Of a stretch of DNA of 64,000 nucleotides, positions 14,127 through 27,730 are shown piece after piece; position 1 is the first letter of the stretch; each line of letters opens with the position of its first letter. Under the pieces are notes generated by a model. It saw only the letters and a list, made by a program, of their open reading frames with translations, searched no databases and had not been told where the DNA came from. Position numbers and translations under genes: made by a program. Origin of the DNA: Octopus vulgaris. Lineage: Eukaryota. The stretch lies in the NCBI GenBank assembly GCA_951406725.2, contig OX597814.1:189844001-189908000 (forward strand), written 5' to 3'.

Positions 14127-14864
14127 ATATTACATATATATGTATATATATATGTGTGTATATATATATATATATGTGTGTGTGTATACATACATACATA
14201 AAATTACATATATACACATACACACACATATATACTTTATTAAACTTGAAGCTGAGAGTTTGTTTCACGTATGATCACATGTGCACATATAAGTACACAC
14301 TTATAACACACACATGCATAATTATTCAAACGATATAAAATTAAATATGGATATCAGTATTTCTTCTATATGCAATGTTCTTGGAACTAATTTGAATATG
14401 AAGATTGTTCTTTACAGCTGTTTCGAAAATGCTGAGGCTGGTCGATGCTACATGGCATTTTATGCAAACACGCGTATAAATTGGAAGAATGATTATTCAC
14501 TGCAACTATGCGAAAAACCAAATGCTATCCATCTATATCCAATACGATGCAGCAAGAAGGATAATATTCTGCGGTTCCAACTTAAAGACATTTACGTATC
14601 TTGGTCCACAGGGATTGGTGATATATTTGCTCCTTTGGTTATTTGCTGTATATATAATTGTTGCCTCAATACATACGCCTATTTGCATACTATACATTAT
14701 AATATCCACCCGTCACCAAATATCTGCTGCAGGTGTAAAAAAGTATACTCTTATATGTTAATATTGATTTCAAATTTTGACTCGGCGGAGGAGTAGTTCT
14801 GCTGGACTATTTTATCATGATTAAGGCTTTGGTGCTTAAGAACCTGAATTGAGTATAAATTAAT

Positions 14865-15022
14865 TTAAAGTAAGAGGTTTGCTTCCCGACCATATAGCCC
14901 CAAGTTCATTCGCACTGCATCACACTTTAGGCAAGTAACTTCTAGTATAACCTCCAGCCGGCCAAAGCCTTATGAGTAGATTTGGTAGACGGAAAGTGAA
15001 AGAAGCCCGTCGCATATATATA

Positions 15023-15112
<90 letters not shown>

Positions 15113-15680
15113 TGTGTGTGTGTGTGCGTGTCTTTGTATCTGCGTTTGTCCACCACCACTACTTGACAGCCGGTGTTGTGTTTGCGTTCAGCAAAAGTAA
15201 CTGATAAACTACCAGGCTTAAAAAGAAAAGAAGTACTGAGACAGACCAACATATTCCTCACGGTAATGCTCTAGCATGTGAAGGCGCATGGCTCAGTAGT
15301 TACAGCGTCGAACTTACGACCGTGGGTTGTGAGTTCGAATCCCGGACCGGGCTGCGTGTTGTGTTCTTGAGCAAGACACTTTATTTCACGTTGGTCCAGT
15401 TGACTCAGTTGTAGAAATGAATTGCGACGTCACAGGTACCAAGCTGTTTCAGCCTTTGCCTTTCCCTTGGATAACATCGGTAGCGTGGAGTGGTGGGACT
15501 GTTATGCTTGGGTGACTGCTGGCCTTCCATAAACAACCTTGTCCGGACTTGTGCCTGGGAGGGTAACTTTCTAGGCGCAATCCCACGGTCATTCGTGACC
15601 GAAGGGGGTCTCCGATCTACGATTGCTCTAGCATAGCCGCAGTCTAATGACTGAAACAAGTAAAAGATAAGAAAATAAAG
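14865..15680 (+). mobile_element. Diverged SINE-A with SINE-C nested in its tail
   Basis: SINE-A body; tail resumes after TSD tgctctagcat. Confidence 0.82.
15278..15623 (+). mobile_element. SINE-C (tRNA head plus CORE-like domain), tail type 1
   Basis: A box tggctcagtagtt, B box gttcgaatcc, CORE-like tgttcttgagcaagacacttt; TSD tgctctagcat at 15267-15277 and 15624-15634. Confidence 0.88.
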
Positions 15681-15921
15681 ATGTCTAAATAGCCGTTAAT
15701 ATAGTTAAGAAAACTCGTTCGTCAACGCCTCTTTCCTTCTCTATTCTGATTGCAAAAATACCATGGACATATACATTTATTTATTTCCACATATACACTG
15801 AAGTTTGTGATAAAATATCCTCAGTACGTAAGTGTATTTGAAATGTGTGTATATGTTTTTGTTTTTGTGTGTATATATATCTTTATGTACACACATATAA
15901 CTGTATAAATATATAAGAATC

Positions 15922-15952
<31 letters not shown>

Positions 15953-16824
15953 GCATTTATGTATTGTTATACATATGTAGTTGCGCTAATATAAATATAT
16001 GTGTGTGTATGTCTGTGTGTGATGTGTGAGGGCCAGCCTTTGTGTGTGTGTGTGTGTGTGTGTGTGTTTGTATGCGAGTACGCACACACACATGTGATTC
16101 AGGAAAACAAACCCACTCCATTATGTAATCGAATGAAAGTATAAGGTTATCAAGATTATTTTGTAGTTTGAATTGTTGAATTATTACCCGGAGCGAAACC
16201 GTGGAGAGTCAAAGAGTTAGCTACTGGATTCTGCAGCAGAATGATGTAAGTACTAACAAAGTATTTACATCACGGTCAGTGTGTATTAGCGACCTTACGT
16301 TTTAGAAAATTAACATTAATGGGTACATCAGTAGATCATACACCAGATTATCATAAACATAGTATCTTAAAAGTGTTGAAACTATTGTAGTGAAGGGGGG
16401 AAAATTGTGAAATGATACAGGTCCATGGCTGTATGATACAAGAGAAACTGTTCGTAGAAAACTATTTGGAACAGAAATGCATTTTATTATTGAAAAGGAC
16501 TTTCATTTATTTTTATGTAATATTTCTTGTGATATTAGCATGTGCACGGTGAGATACGGAAATTCCTGCCCAAATGCATTATATACGACCATTCTTAAAT
16601 TTCTGACCGTAAATATCGTCCCATTTTCTTACTATATTTTACCCTACGCTATTCTCATGTCCGTGCTTTCCTAACAAAATTATCAACACAATTAATTTAA
16701 AACTGCACAATAGTTACATTATTATCAGCTGTTTTGCGGGCTATTAAAAGTTGCAGAAACTATCAATGCTCTTCCAGCTGATCAATAATAAATCATTGCC
16801 GCTTACTTAAAATTTTCTCCAAGT

Positions 16825-17240
16825 AGGCGCAGGAGTGGCTGTGTGGTAAGTAGCTTGCTAACCAGCCACATGGTTCCGGGTTCAGTCCCACTGCGTGGCC
16901 TCTTGGGCAAATGTCTTCTGCTATAGCCCCGGGCCGACCAATGCTTTGTGAGTGGATTTTGTAGACGGAAACTGAAAGAAGCCTATCGTATATATGTATA
17001 TATATATATGTATGTGTGTGTGTGTGTTTGTGTGTCTGTGTTTGTCCCCCTAGCATTGCTTGACAACCGATGCTGGTGTGTTTACGTCCCCGTCACTTAG
17101 CGGTTCGGCCAAAAGAGACCGATAGAATAAGTACTGGGCTAACAAAGAATAAGTCCCGGGGTCGATATGCTCGACTAAAGCCGGTGCTCCAGCATGGTCG
17201 CAGTCAAATGACTGAAACAAGTAAAAGAGTAAGAGTAAAG
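16825..17240 (+). mobile_element. SINE-A full length
   Basis: Head to (gagtaa)-type tail; matches other copies. Confidence 0.9.
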
Positions 17241-17817
17241 ATTATGAGATTTTGAGTTCATGTAGTAGCTGAAGCTTTTAGCTTCAAGTGAGCCACGGCA
17301 GTCCTATTGTTAAATGCATTTCAGCTGTGATTATTCCATTATTTTTCAGACTCTCTTGGAACCTATAAAAGAGACTGTTCGACAGGGATATCGATCCGAG
17401 ACTCAGGGCGCTGAAGAGAGGTCCTTCACACTCTGCTAGGTATTCTTGTATGAGAAAAAGAAAGGGTTCAGCCTCCTGTAATTTAAAAGAGCATCACCTA
17501 TCGGTGCCCACAATCAGTTTTGTTTCGCCTTGCCAAATTTCTTCCGGATGCCCTTTTTTTTGTGCTTTCCTTTTAAAGCGATATTGATGTTACGAGAGAG
17601 ATTTGGTTATTATTGTAATTTAAACTGAATCTTCCTCTCGTTGGATTGCGTAATGCTGTTAAATATTTTCAATGACAAATGCGACAACATATATTGTTTA
17701 AATCCCTTGTTCATCCGCGGTATTATTTCACTATTGTTGAACTAAAATAAATTAAGTCATCAGAAAAAAATTCAGCACACGACATTGAAGACAAATCTGA
17801 AGGTATGAGAAGTTTAA

Positions 17818-18047
17818 AGGCGGCGAGCTGGCAGACACGTTAGCACGCCGGGCGAAATGCGTAGCCGTATTTCGCCTGCGTTACGTTCTGAGTTCAAATT
17901 CCGCCGAGGTCGACTTTGCCTTTCATCCTTTCGGGGTCGATAAATTAAGTACCAGTAACGCACTGGGGTCGATATAATCGACTTAATCCGTTTGTCTGTC
18001 CTTGTTGTCCTCTCTGTGTTTAGCCCCTTGTGGGTAGTAAAGAAATA
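17818..18047 (+). mobile_element. SINE-B monomer
   Basis: TSD ggtatgagaagtttaa at 17802-17817 and 18048-18063. Confidence 0.93.
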
Positions 18048-19480
18048 GGTATGAGAAGTTTAAACCTGTATGTGTGTCTACGTCTTTTGGGCAGAATGTT
18101 TTTTTATATTTTAAATGCTTTTTACTTTCTTTTCTTCCTCTAACAACATGTTGCTACATAAAATATATTTATATGTAAAACAAAAATGAAAAGAATTTGG
18201 CATGTCCGCGATTCTCTATTTTGTAAACAGGTGGCATATCCAATTTGGTTAGGCCTGGCAATTTTACAGGTGTATTATAATCATAGTTGAGGCTGACAAT
18301 GATGAGGATGTGTTGGTGTAAATTACTTGTTATTCGACCCAGTCATAGATGCGCCCGTTCCCGATGTTAATTGAAGGTAATGTGGCTACTATTTGTAGAA
18401 AACTTGGCAAAATGCAGATGCATCTTCCTGATTCGGTTGCGATGTACAGGGGTTTTGTGTCTGTAACCTCTATGCATATTACGATTATGTAGTCTGCAGC
18501 CTTGTAGAGATTTTGGAGAAGCCGGATGTTGTAGTTATGTCTTGTTGGGGAGATGCTGAAGCCCTACGTAGGTTTGATAACTATATATATGTGTATATAT
18601 ATATATTTAGTTATCAAACCTACATCGAGCTTCGTGTATGTGCTTAATACACTGGTGGGTATACTGTAGGTTGCATAAAAACATGCATTTCAAAATTAGA
18701 ATAATTAGTTATTTTATGCATGCACACAGGCGCACATATATACATATATAAATACATTATACCCACGTTTGTTATGTTTTAATAATGTGATAATACAGAA
18801 TTATAATACCAAGTAGGCTTGCGACCTGACAGGTTGTTTCCTAGTCGGTGTTGTTTTTGATACTGTAGTTATTAATTAGCAAAAGATTTTATCTAATGAA
18901 ACAGTCTTATGATCAAAGGCGTTCCAGTTGTGACCATTCTGTCATTTTGTACGTCTGTGTTTACATTGTCATATGTTTTCTTGCATTATTAGATGGCAGG
19001 GTGTGGTTTAAGAGAAATTTGATTGACATTTCTTGCAGATAGGATTGAGAACGTTCTTCTTTCTTTGTATTAGCGGCGAGTGTTTGAAGTGAAAAGATTT
19101 CTTTATTACCTATAAAAGGCTAACGTAGACAATCTTTCCGAACATTACAACACATAAAGACAATACCGACATCACAAACACAAATTCGGGGAAGTAAAAA
19201 TACAAAAAGATTATGAAATTAGAAGAAAAACTAAAATAAACAAATGGTAATATGAAAGGATGAAAATGAGAAATGGAAGTGTTGTTACCTGCCCCATCAA
19301 GTAACTGCACTTTCTGTCCTTTATGCCTGTTTTTCCATAACATCCACTCCATAACGTGACTTCAGTTCCTCATTACTTATCTCCCTTGGCAACCTGTCCA
19401 TGTCGATAATCACCTTCCACGACTCAAAACCATCAAATACTTCAATTTCGTCAAGGTGTTTTTCCTTTACCAGTATAACC

Positions 19481-19694
19481 TATTTCTTTACTACCCACAA
19501 GGGGCTAAATACAGAGAGGACAAACAAGGACTGACAAACGGATTGAGTCGATTACACCGACCCCAGTGCGTAACCTCGAAAGGATGAAAGGCAAAGCCGA
19601 CCTCAATGGAATTTGAACTCAGAACGTAACGACAGACGAAATACGGCTACGCATTTCGCCCGGCGTGCTAACGTTTCTGCCAGCTCGCCGCCTT
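19481..19694 (-). mobile_element. SINE-B monomer (small internal deletion)
   Basis: TSD ctttaccagtataacc at 19465-19480 and 19695-19710. Confidence 0.92.
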
Positions 19695-20299
19695 CTTTAC
19701 CAGTATAACCGTGACCATATCGTTGCACACACCTTGTCCTACCATTTCTGTACTATCTCGCGTAGTCCTTCTTTTGACTTGAAAAAAATACATGTAAAAC
19801 AATCAATGGGAGGGGGAGTTTTTAAATTAAAACTAATATAATCAGAAAAGTTGAGGATTTTATTGCTGTTATTGAAGCAATCATGAATTTTCTGTTAATG
19901 ATGCGTAATTGCTGTGGTTGTTGGATGTAGTGATTCGAATCTGTGTTGTGACTTGAAAAGGGGGAATGTGTTGTGTCAATGATATTGGGAACACTTATTT
20001 CTTTGTGCTATTGTTGACATCCTTTTTGTCTCGGGAGACAATGGAGTTGCGTATAGAATAATCTAGTCCGGCTTTTATATTTCATGACCTAATACATCTC
20101 CTGCTGTGGCTGTGTAGTCCTATCCTGGGCAAACACTCCCCCTGGCAGGTGCCGCAAATGTAGCGAAGACTTTGCCTGGCATAGTTTCTTGTTGACGTCA
20201 TAGTTTCTTGTTGACGTCTTTTCCTGTCTTTCCATTTCTCCTCTCTCCCTTTCACTTTCCCTATGTAGCATTTTTAAAAAATTACCTATCTTATATAGG

Positions 20300-21350
20300 A
20301 ATAGTACAACTGGTTGTCGATATCGATGAGTGCGCTGATTACTTCTACACTTAAATGTTTGTGGTTTTGTTAGGCCTTGACTACTTTTGATATAGGGGCT
20401 TCCGTTTTAATTTTCTGATATCTGATGAAGACGAATTAGCTAAATCATGATGTAAGAAAGCTGTTGAATCTTTTCTGTGTTCGTGCTTTCTCTGCATAGC
20501 TTTTGGTGGTCGGTTTTCGAAAAATAATGGCGTTTTTTTGTTGTTGTTGTTGTTGTCACATAAGTACATGTTATAACAACACCTTAAGTTGTTTTTACTA
20601 CAATTGTCCATTGTTATAGATTACGATGCTTCTAAATATTTCATATGAATTTCTACTGCTAGCTTCGTTGTTTAAGTTGTATAGAAATAATTGCTTTTCT
20701 ACTTATAAAGTATTTTGTTTTTGTTTGGTTGTGTCTTTTTCAGTCGATTGATGTTGAGTTTCATTTCTCTGATGTGTGATGCTGGTATATTTTGTCTGTT
20801 AGCTTTAGTTTTTAGCAGATTGGTTATTTCAGCTGCATAATTGCTGTTGTATTTTTTATGTAACGTTACGAGGTATATTTTCTAGAAATGTCTGTAATTA
20901 TGTTGCTGAATGTGTACACTGCAGTGATTTCTGCGAATTTCCATGTTGTTTCTTGTAGGAAATAATTCCAGTTGGGCTTCTGAAGTCTGTAAAAGTCTTT
21001 TTTTTATTTAGTTCATTCTCATGGGTGTTGAGAGAATGGTAGACTTTTGTTCAGTAGAGAGCTGGGAGACCGCTTACCATGTTCATGCGGTAGATAAATG
21101 TTTGCAGTAGAAAGGGAATGCTATTAAGGTGTTGTTTCAGGATATGAAGTATGACGGGAGCTTTGTTGCGATATTATTCCATCACTCCTTGTGTTATCTG
21201 TGTTTATTGAGTACCAGTATGTGTTCTAAGCATTCCTGGTACGGTAAAGTGTTGAAGTGCTGAACTACGTAATCTGTTAGGATGTTTAGAAGTGCGAAAA
21301 ATGGTAAGCAATTGTCAAATCAGTTAACACATTTCGAGCTGCTGAATTTT
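20300..21350 (-). pseudogene. Possible very degenerate Penelope-like coding remnant (GIY-YIG region)
   Basis: Broken-frame peptides GVV.TCT.VTT and KHEHRKDSTA resemble PLE endonuclease segments; no intact motif. Confidence 0.3.
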
Positions 21351-21402
21351 GTTTGTGATTGCTTATATATATTTTTTATAGTATGATGTTGTGTCTAGTA
21401 AT

Positions 21403-21750
21403 GTGTGTGTGTGACCCCCTTCGGTCAGACACTGACTATGGGCTTGCACCTAGAGAGTTACCTTCGAAGGCACAAGTCTGGGCAAGGTTGTTTTATGGAA
21501 GACCAGCAGTCGCCCATGGATACCAGCCTCCCCTCTCCATGTCACCAGTGTTATCCAAGGGAAAGGCAAAGGGGCCGATACAGCTTGTCACCTGTGACGT
21601 CGCAACTCATTTCTACAGCTGAGTGAACTGGAGAAACGTGAAATAAAGTGTCTTGCTCAAGAACACAACGCACAGCCCGGTCCGGGATTCGAGCTCACAA
21701 CCTCACGATCAGAAGCTCGACACTCTAACCACTGAGCCACGCGCCTTCAC
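21403..21750 (-). mobile_element. SINE-C, tail type 1
   Basis: TSD tgtctagtaat at 21392-21402 and 21751-21761; homologous to the 15278 copy. Confidence 0.9.
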
Positions 21751-22799
21751 TGTCTAGTAATAATGATCGAGTATCGTTTGTTGCATCTCTATACTGGATT
21801 TATGATTTTAAGAATATTATAAGTACTCTAAGAAACACACAAAATCCGTTAGATTCACTTCAACATTTAAATTTAATTTGTCAACATATTTTCTTTGCTT
21901 TGACATCGCGACCTGTTCACTGATGCGGCACGGAATTTTGTCAGTAAACAGGTCGCAGTCTCAAAGCGACGAAAATATTTTGACAAATTGGATTTAAATG
22001 TTGAAGTGAATCTAACAGTTTTTGTGTGTTTCTTAAATGGCTTATAAACACCTTCCACGCTGCAATTGTTTTCGTTCCAGCACACGATCTCAGATCAGGT
22101 CATTTGCTATGCAAGTACATCTCCGTAAAATATAAGTACTCGTCTGTAGGTTAATTCGTCGTTCCTCATCGATATATAATTCATAAGAATTTTGTGTGGG
22201 ATTTGTAATCTCGGATTTTGCATAGTAGCTTTAATACGCCGTGAATGACATTTGTAATGAAAATCCTTGGTTTCGTAAACTTGATATTTAAGGCGTTACA
22301 AAATGTTTAAGATTTCTCAATGCATAGTTTTCTTCATACGTTGTACATTTGTTACTTAGGGCTTGTTCTATATTTTTACGTGAAATAATTGTATATTATT
22401 ATATATCATGTATATAATATAGTATAATATAATACAATATAATATAATATTATATCATATAATATAATATTATATGATATAATATAATACAATATAATAT
22501 AATATAATATATAATATAATATAATGTTATAAAATTTAATATATAAAATCTTGATATTATATATCATGTATATCATGTATATTATTTATATTCTTTGCAG
22601 AACTATTCATTATGAAATAGAAGCTAATGAGGTATTGACAGTATTTACGCTTTTTCTTGTCATTTTTCTTGTTATTTGAACTCTGCTCCAACTGGTTGTG
22701 GAGTTTTGCGTTGTCTGTTTACATTAGTAAATATACTCTTCAATCGCACTTTTGTAGTATTTTATGTTTTCTTTGGTGCAGAGACCGTTGGTTGTTTCT

Positions 22800-23208
22800 T
22801 ATTTCTTTATTGCCCACAAGGGGCTAAACACAGAGAGGACAAACAAGGACAGACAAATGGACTAAGTCGATTATATCGACCCCAGTGCGTAACTGGTACT
22901 TAATTTATCGGCCCCGAAAGGATGGAAAGCAAAGTTAACCTCGGCGCAATTTGAACTCAGAACGTAACGGCAGACGAAATGCCTATTTTTTACTACCCAC
23001 AAGGGGCTAAACACAGAGAGGACAAACAGGGACAGACAAACGGATTGAGTCGATTACATCGACCCCAGTGCGTAACTGGTACTTATTTAATCAACCCCGA
23101 AAGGATGAAAGGCAAAGTCGACCTCGGCGGAATTTAACTCACAACGTAACGCAGACGAAATACCGCTAAGCATTTCGCCCGGCGTGCTAACGTTTCTGCC
23201 AGCTCGCC
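22800..23208 (-). mobile_element. SINE-B, one head plus 2 units
   Basis: Internal junction aaaata|ggcatttcgtctg near 22983; flanking repeat ggttgtttct. Confidence 0.9.
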
Positions 23209-23562
23209 GGTTGTTTCTAGGTTTCATCTGCTTCTATATTTCATACAATTCATGTTTTATTAGTTCCTGGCTGGCAGCTGGTATCTCTACCATCTGATTA
23301 TCATTCTAGCTGTCCCCAACATTTTCTCTTCGTTCTGTCATTTCATATCGAGATATCAGTTACCTAGTGTACACTCTCATTGAAAAGACAAACCAGCCAA
23401 GTGATGTTATGAGTGAATGCATTGCTATTTCTAGTAGATTAAATACAGTGGGTTCCTTTCAAAGTAAATTCTACGCACTGGCACGCGCGCGTACGCTTGC
23501 ACACACTGACACACCGACACACACACACATACATACACAAACGTGCGCGCACTCATACAGTC

Positions 23563-23976
23563 AGGAGATGAGCTGGCAGAAACGTTAGCATGCTGGGCGA
23601 AATGCTAAGTGGTATTTCGTCTGCCGCTACGTTCTGAGTTCAAATTCGGCCGAGGCCGACTTTGCCTTTCATCCTTTCGGGGTCGATTAAATAAGTACCA
23701 GTTACGCACTGGGATCGATATAATCGACTTAATCTGTTTGTCCTTTTTTTGTCCTCTCTGTGTTTAGCCCCTTGTGGGTAGTAAAAAAATAGGTATTTCG
23801 TCTGTCGTTACGTTCTGAGTTCAAATTCCGCCGAGGTTGACTCTGCCTTTCATCCTTTCGGGGTCGATTAAATAAGTACCAGTTATGCACTGGGGTCGAT
23901 ATAATTGATTTAATCCGTTTGTCTGTCCTTGTTTGTCCTCCCTATGTTTAGCCCCTTGTGGGTAATAAAGAAATAG
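23563..23976 (+). mobile_element. SINE-B, one head plus 2 units
   Basis: Internal junction aaata|ggtatttcg at 23792. Confidence 0.9.
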
Positions 23977-23997
23977 GTATTATTAGTTCTAATCTGA

Positions 23998-24333
23998 AAC
24001 AATATCCAACCGAGTTGGGCCCCATTTGCCTTGGTGCGGTTAAGTCCTCGTGTGTTCTCTCTGTCAGAAGTTTATGTTTCAGTCAATGCCAAATCGTCAC
24101 TGAACACATATTTTCGAATTAACAGGTTTATGTTGAGACACATCATACTATCAATAAAGTTAGCAAGCCCCTTTGACTCAACAATATCTAACCGAGTTGG
24201 GCCCCGTTTGCCTTGGTGCGGTTAAGTCCTTTCAATCAGAAGTTTATGTATCAGTCAATACCAAATCTTCTTTGAACACTTATTTTCGAATTAACAGGTT
24301 TATATTGAGACACATCATACTATCAATAAAGTT
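23998..24333. repeat. Local tandem duplication, period about 182 bp
   Basis: aacaatatc.aaccgagttgggcccc..acacatcatactatcaataaagtt occurs twice. Confidence 0.9.
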
Positions 24334-24339
24334 GAATAT

Positions 24340-24511
24340 AGGGGTAGGAGTGGCTGTGTGGTAAGTAGCTTGCTTATGAACCTCATGGTTCCGGATTCAG
24401 TCCCACTGCGTGGCACCTGGGGCAAGTGTCTTCTACTATAGCCTCAGGCCGAGCAAAGCCTTGTGAGTGGATTTGGTAGACGGAAACTGAAAGAAGCCCG
24501 TCGTATATATG

Positions 24512-24564
<53 letters not shown>

Positions 24565-24771
24565 GTTTGTGTGTCTGTGTTTGTCGCCCCAACATCGCTT
24601 CACAACCAATGCTGGTGTGTTTACGTCCCCGTAACTTAGTGGTTCGGCAAAAGAGACCAATAGAATACGTACTAGGCTTACAAAGAATAAGTCCCTAGGG
24701 TCGATTTGCTCGACTAAAGGCGGTGCTCCGGCATGGCCACAGTCACATAACTGAAACAAGTAAAAGAGTAG
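24340..24771 (+). mobile_element. SINE-A full length
   Basis: Matches other copies. Confidence 0.9.
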
Positions 24772-25299
24772 CAATGATATCAAGACTTCTCCCAGATTTC
24801 CTTATATATATATTCTGTGCTTTCTTAATTGAACACGGCTTCCTTTAAATTTCCTTATAGTCTGCATTTTGCTATATTTATTGTTTTTTTTTTAATTTCA
24901 CATGTTATTTTTCGAATGAACGGGTTTCTTTCGGATTCAGTCGGACTTATTTATAATATTTTATTCCTTTTTGTTTTAGTTGTTATAATAATTTTTTAAG
25001 CACCACATGAATAACAAATATAAGCTTACAAGGCGAGATCCTACCTTAAGGAAATAAGATGTGAGTCACTGACTACGAAAAAAGATATTTATATGTTAGT
25101 AGTGATTCATTTTGAACACATAACATACAAACTGCTTGAGCTGATAATTTAGTTGACCTCAGCTTGTAGGCTATGAGTTCAAATTCCATGGAAGGATTTC
25201 GCCGAATTTTGTCTAGTAAATACTTTATTCCACATTACGACACTGACGGAAATAGGTACACGTCTCAAATACTACACAATCTTAGTGTTAATAATAGTG

Positions 25300-26130
25300 A
25301 CTAAAGGCAGCCAGCGAGCTCAGTCGTTAGCGCCCCAGACAAAATGCTCAACGGCATTTCGCCCGTCTTTACGTTCTGAGTTCAAAGTCCGCCGAGGTCG
25401 ATTTTGCCTTTCGTCCTTCCAATGTCGACGAAAATAAGTACCAGATGAGCACTGAGGTCGATGTAACTGATTTCCCCCTCCCACCAAATTTCTGGCTTTG
25501 CGCCAAAATTTGAAATCAATAATTCTAGTGACTAAGGCAGTGAGCTGGCAGAAATGCTTAGTGATATTTCGTCTGCCGCTACGTTCTGAGTTCAAATTCC
25601 GCCGAGGTCGGCTTTGCCTTTCATCCTTTCGGGGTCGATTAAATAAGTACCAGTTACGCACTGGGGGTCGATGTAATCGACTTAATCCGTTTGTCCGTCC
25701 TTGTTTGTCCTCTCTGTGTTTAGCCCCTTGTAGGTAGTAAAGAAATAGGTATTTCGTCTGCCGTTACGTTCTAAGTTCAGATTCCGCCGAGGTCGACTTT
25801 GCTTTCATCCTTTCGGGGTCGATAAATTAAGTACCAGTTACGCCCTAGGGTCGATGTAATCGACTTAATCCTTGTGTCTGTCCTTGTTTGTCCTCTCTAT
25901 GTTTAGCCCCTTCTGAACAATAAAGAAATAAGAATTGTTAGCACGCTAGACAAAATTTCCGCATTTCTTCCGTCTTCACGTTCTGGGTTCAAATTACGCC
26001 GAGGTTGACTTTGCCTTTTCATCCTTCCGAAGTCGATAAGATAGGTGGCAGTCGAGTACTTGGGTCAATGTAAATGACTGGCCTCATCCCCCAAAATTGC
26101 TAGCCTTGTACCAAAATTTGAAACCAATGA
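25300..26130 (+). mobile_element. Nested SINE-B cluster: two old-tail copies, the second interrupted by a 2-unit Tx1-tail array
   Basis: Old tail ccaaaatttgaaa(t/c)caat near 25503 and 26111; repeat attctagtgact at 25522 and 26130; junction ggtatttcg at 25748. Confidence 0.85.
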
Positions 26131-27436
26131 TTCTAGTGACTGGTGAAAGTAAAACCACCCGTTCAAACCGAGTAAAATGTAATTGAGAACATAGAGACAT
26201 TCTTTTGTACTTTTACAAGAATTAAAAGTGCAAAAATCAGTTGATATCATAGGTTGACAACATTCCATAATCTTACCGAATCAGTAATATTTTCAGTGTG
26301 GTATTCTCTTCCCCTAAATATTCTAAACATGGAAATTAACCAGCTCTCGTAAAGTTGGTTACATTTCCTAAGTACCAGAACCGATATTACAGCACAGCTG
26401 CAGATCAAAGTTTTGCTGCGTTCGCAACATATTTATTTAGAACTTTATTCCAGGTGTTGGTTGCTTTCTAAGCTTTTCTTGTACCTTTAGCCCCTTGACA
26501 ATGCTACAGAAAATCAATCAGATATATTACAGAGCGAAGCCAAAAAATACTATATCTCTTTTAGTTCGTACAAAGGGAGAGCAATAGAGGGTGTGAGAGA
26601 GAGAAGGAGAGTTATATAAGGACACAGAAGAGGAAAAAATGTGGAGAAAAGTGAGAGTTAGATATATAGAAAGAGAGATGAACAAGAGAGAAATAGGCGA
26701 AAAAAGAGTCTGACAGAAACTGCGGAGAGGAGATTAAAATAAAGAAAAGGTTGTGCAAAGGAGGTGTAAAGATATAAACAAACAGAAGAGAGAAAGGATG
26801 AGGGAGAATAGAAAGTTGTAAATGGAAGGCATTGGACATGAAAAAGAGGGAGATAGATAAAAGTTGGTAGAAACATAATGGAGGAATGTAAATAAAGAGA
26901 GAGATAAAAAATGGGGGAATCTAAAAAGAGAGAAAGGCTGGAGGTAAATAAAGAGCACGGAAAGATAAGGAGGAAATAAAAAGGTAAAAAGACAGCAGCA
27001 GCGGGAAATAGAAAGTTGATGTGATTGGGGATCTAAATATAGTAATATTTTTTCTTTTAACGTGTGAAAACAATTAGTTGATCAAATCTTTATTCTCTGA
27101 AGAACATGCAGACGGATTTTGTATCGTATTTGAAATTGCAATCTTAGTGAAAACGTTTTGTTTAATAAATATATAATTAGAAGTTGACTATATGCCAAAA
27201 AAAAAAACTTTTCTCGTGATTTGTATACTTTTTTTATAAACATCAAATGATAGATTGTCTTATTAATTTATGAGATCTATGTGTATATACATACATACAT
27301 ACTTACATATATACATATATATATATATACATATGTATGTATATATATATGTATATATATATGTGTCTGTGTAAATCTATATATGTAGATATATATATAT
27401 TTATTTATTTATATATATACATATGTACGTATATAC

Positions 27437-27510
<74 letters not shown>

Positions 27511-27609
27511 GTATGTATGTATATATATATATGTGTGTAAATCTATATATGTAGATATATATATATTTATTTATTTATATATATACAAATGTACGTATAT
27601 ATATATATG

Positions 27610-27640
<31 letters not shown>

Positions 27641-27671
27641 GCATATATGTGTGTACTTTACATATATACAG

Positions 27672-27730
<59 letters not shown>

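Noticed and set aside
15278-15350. Functional tRNA genes at SINE heads
   Set aside because: A/B boxes are present but acceptor stems are incomplete and each continues into a SINE body with TSDs.
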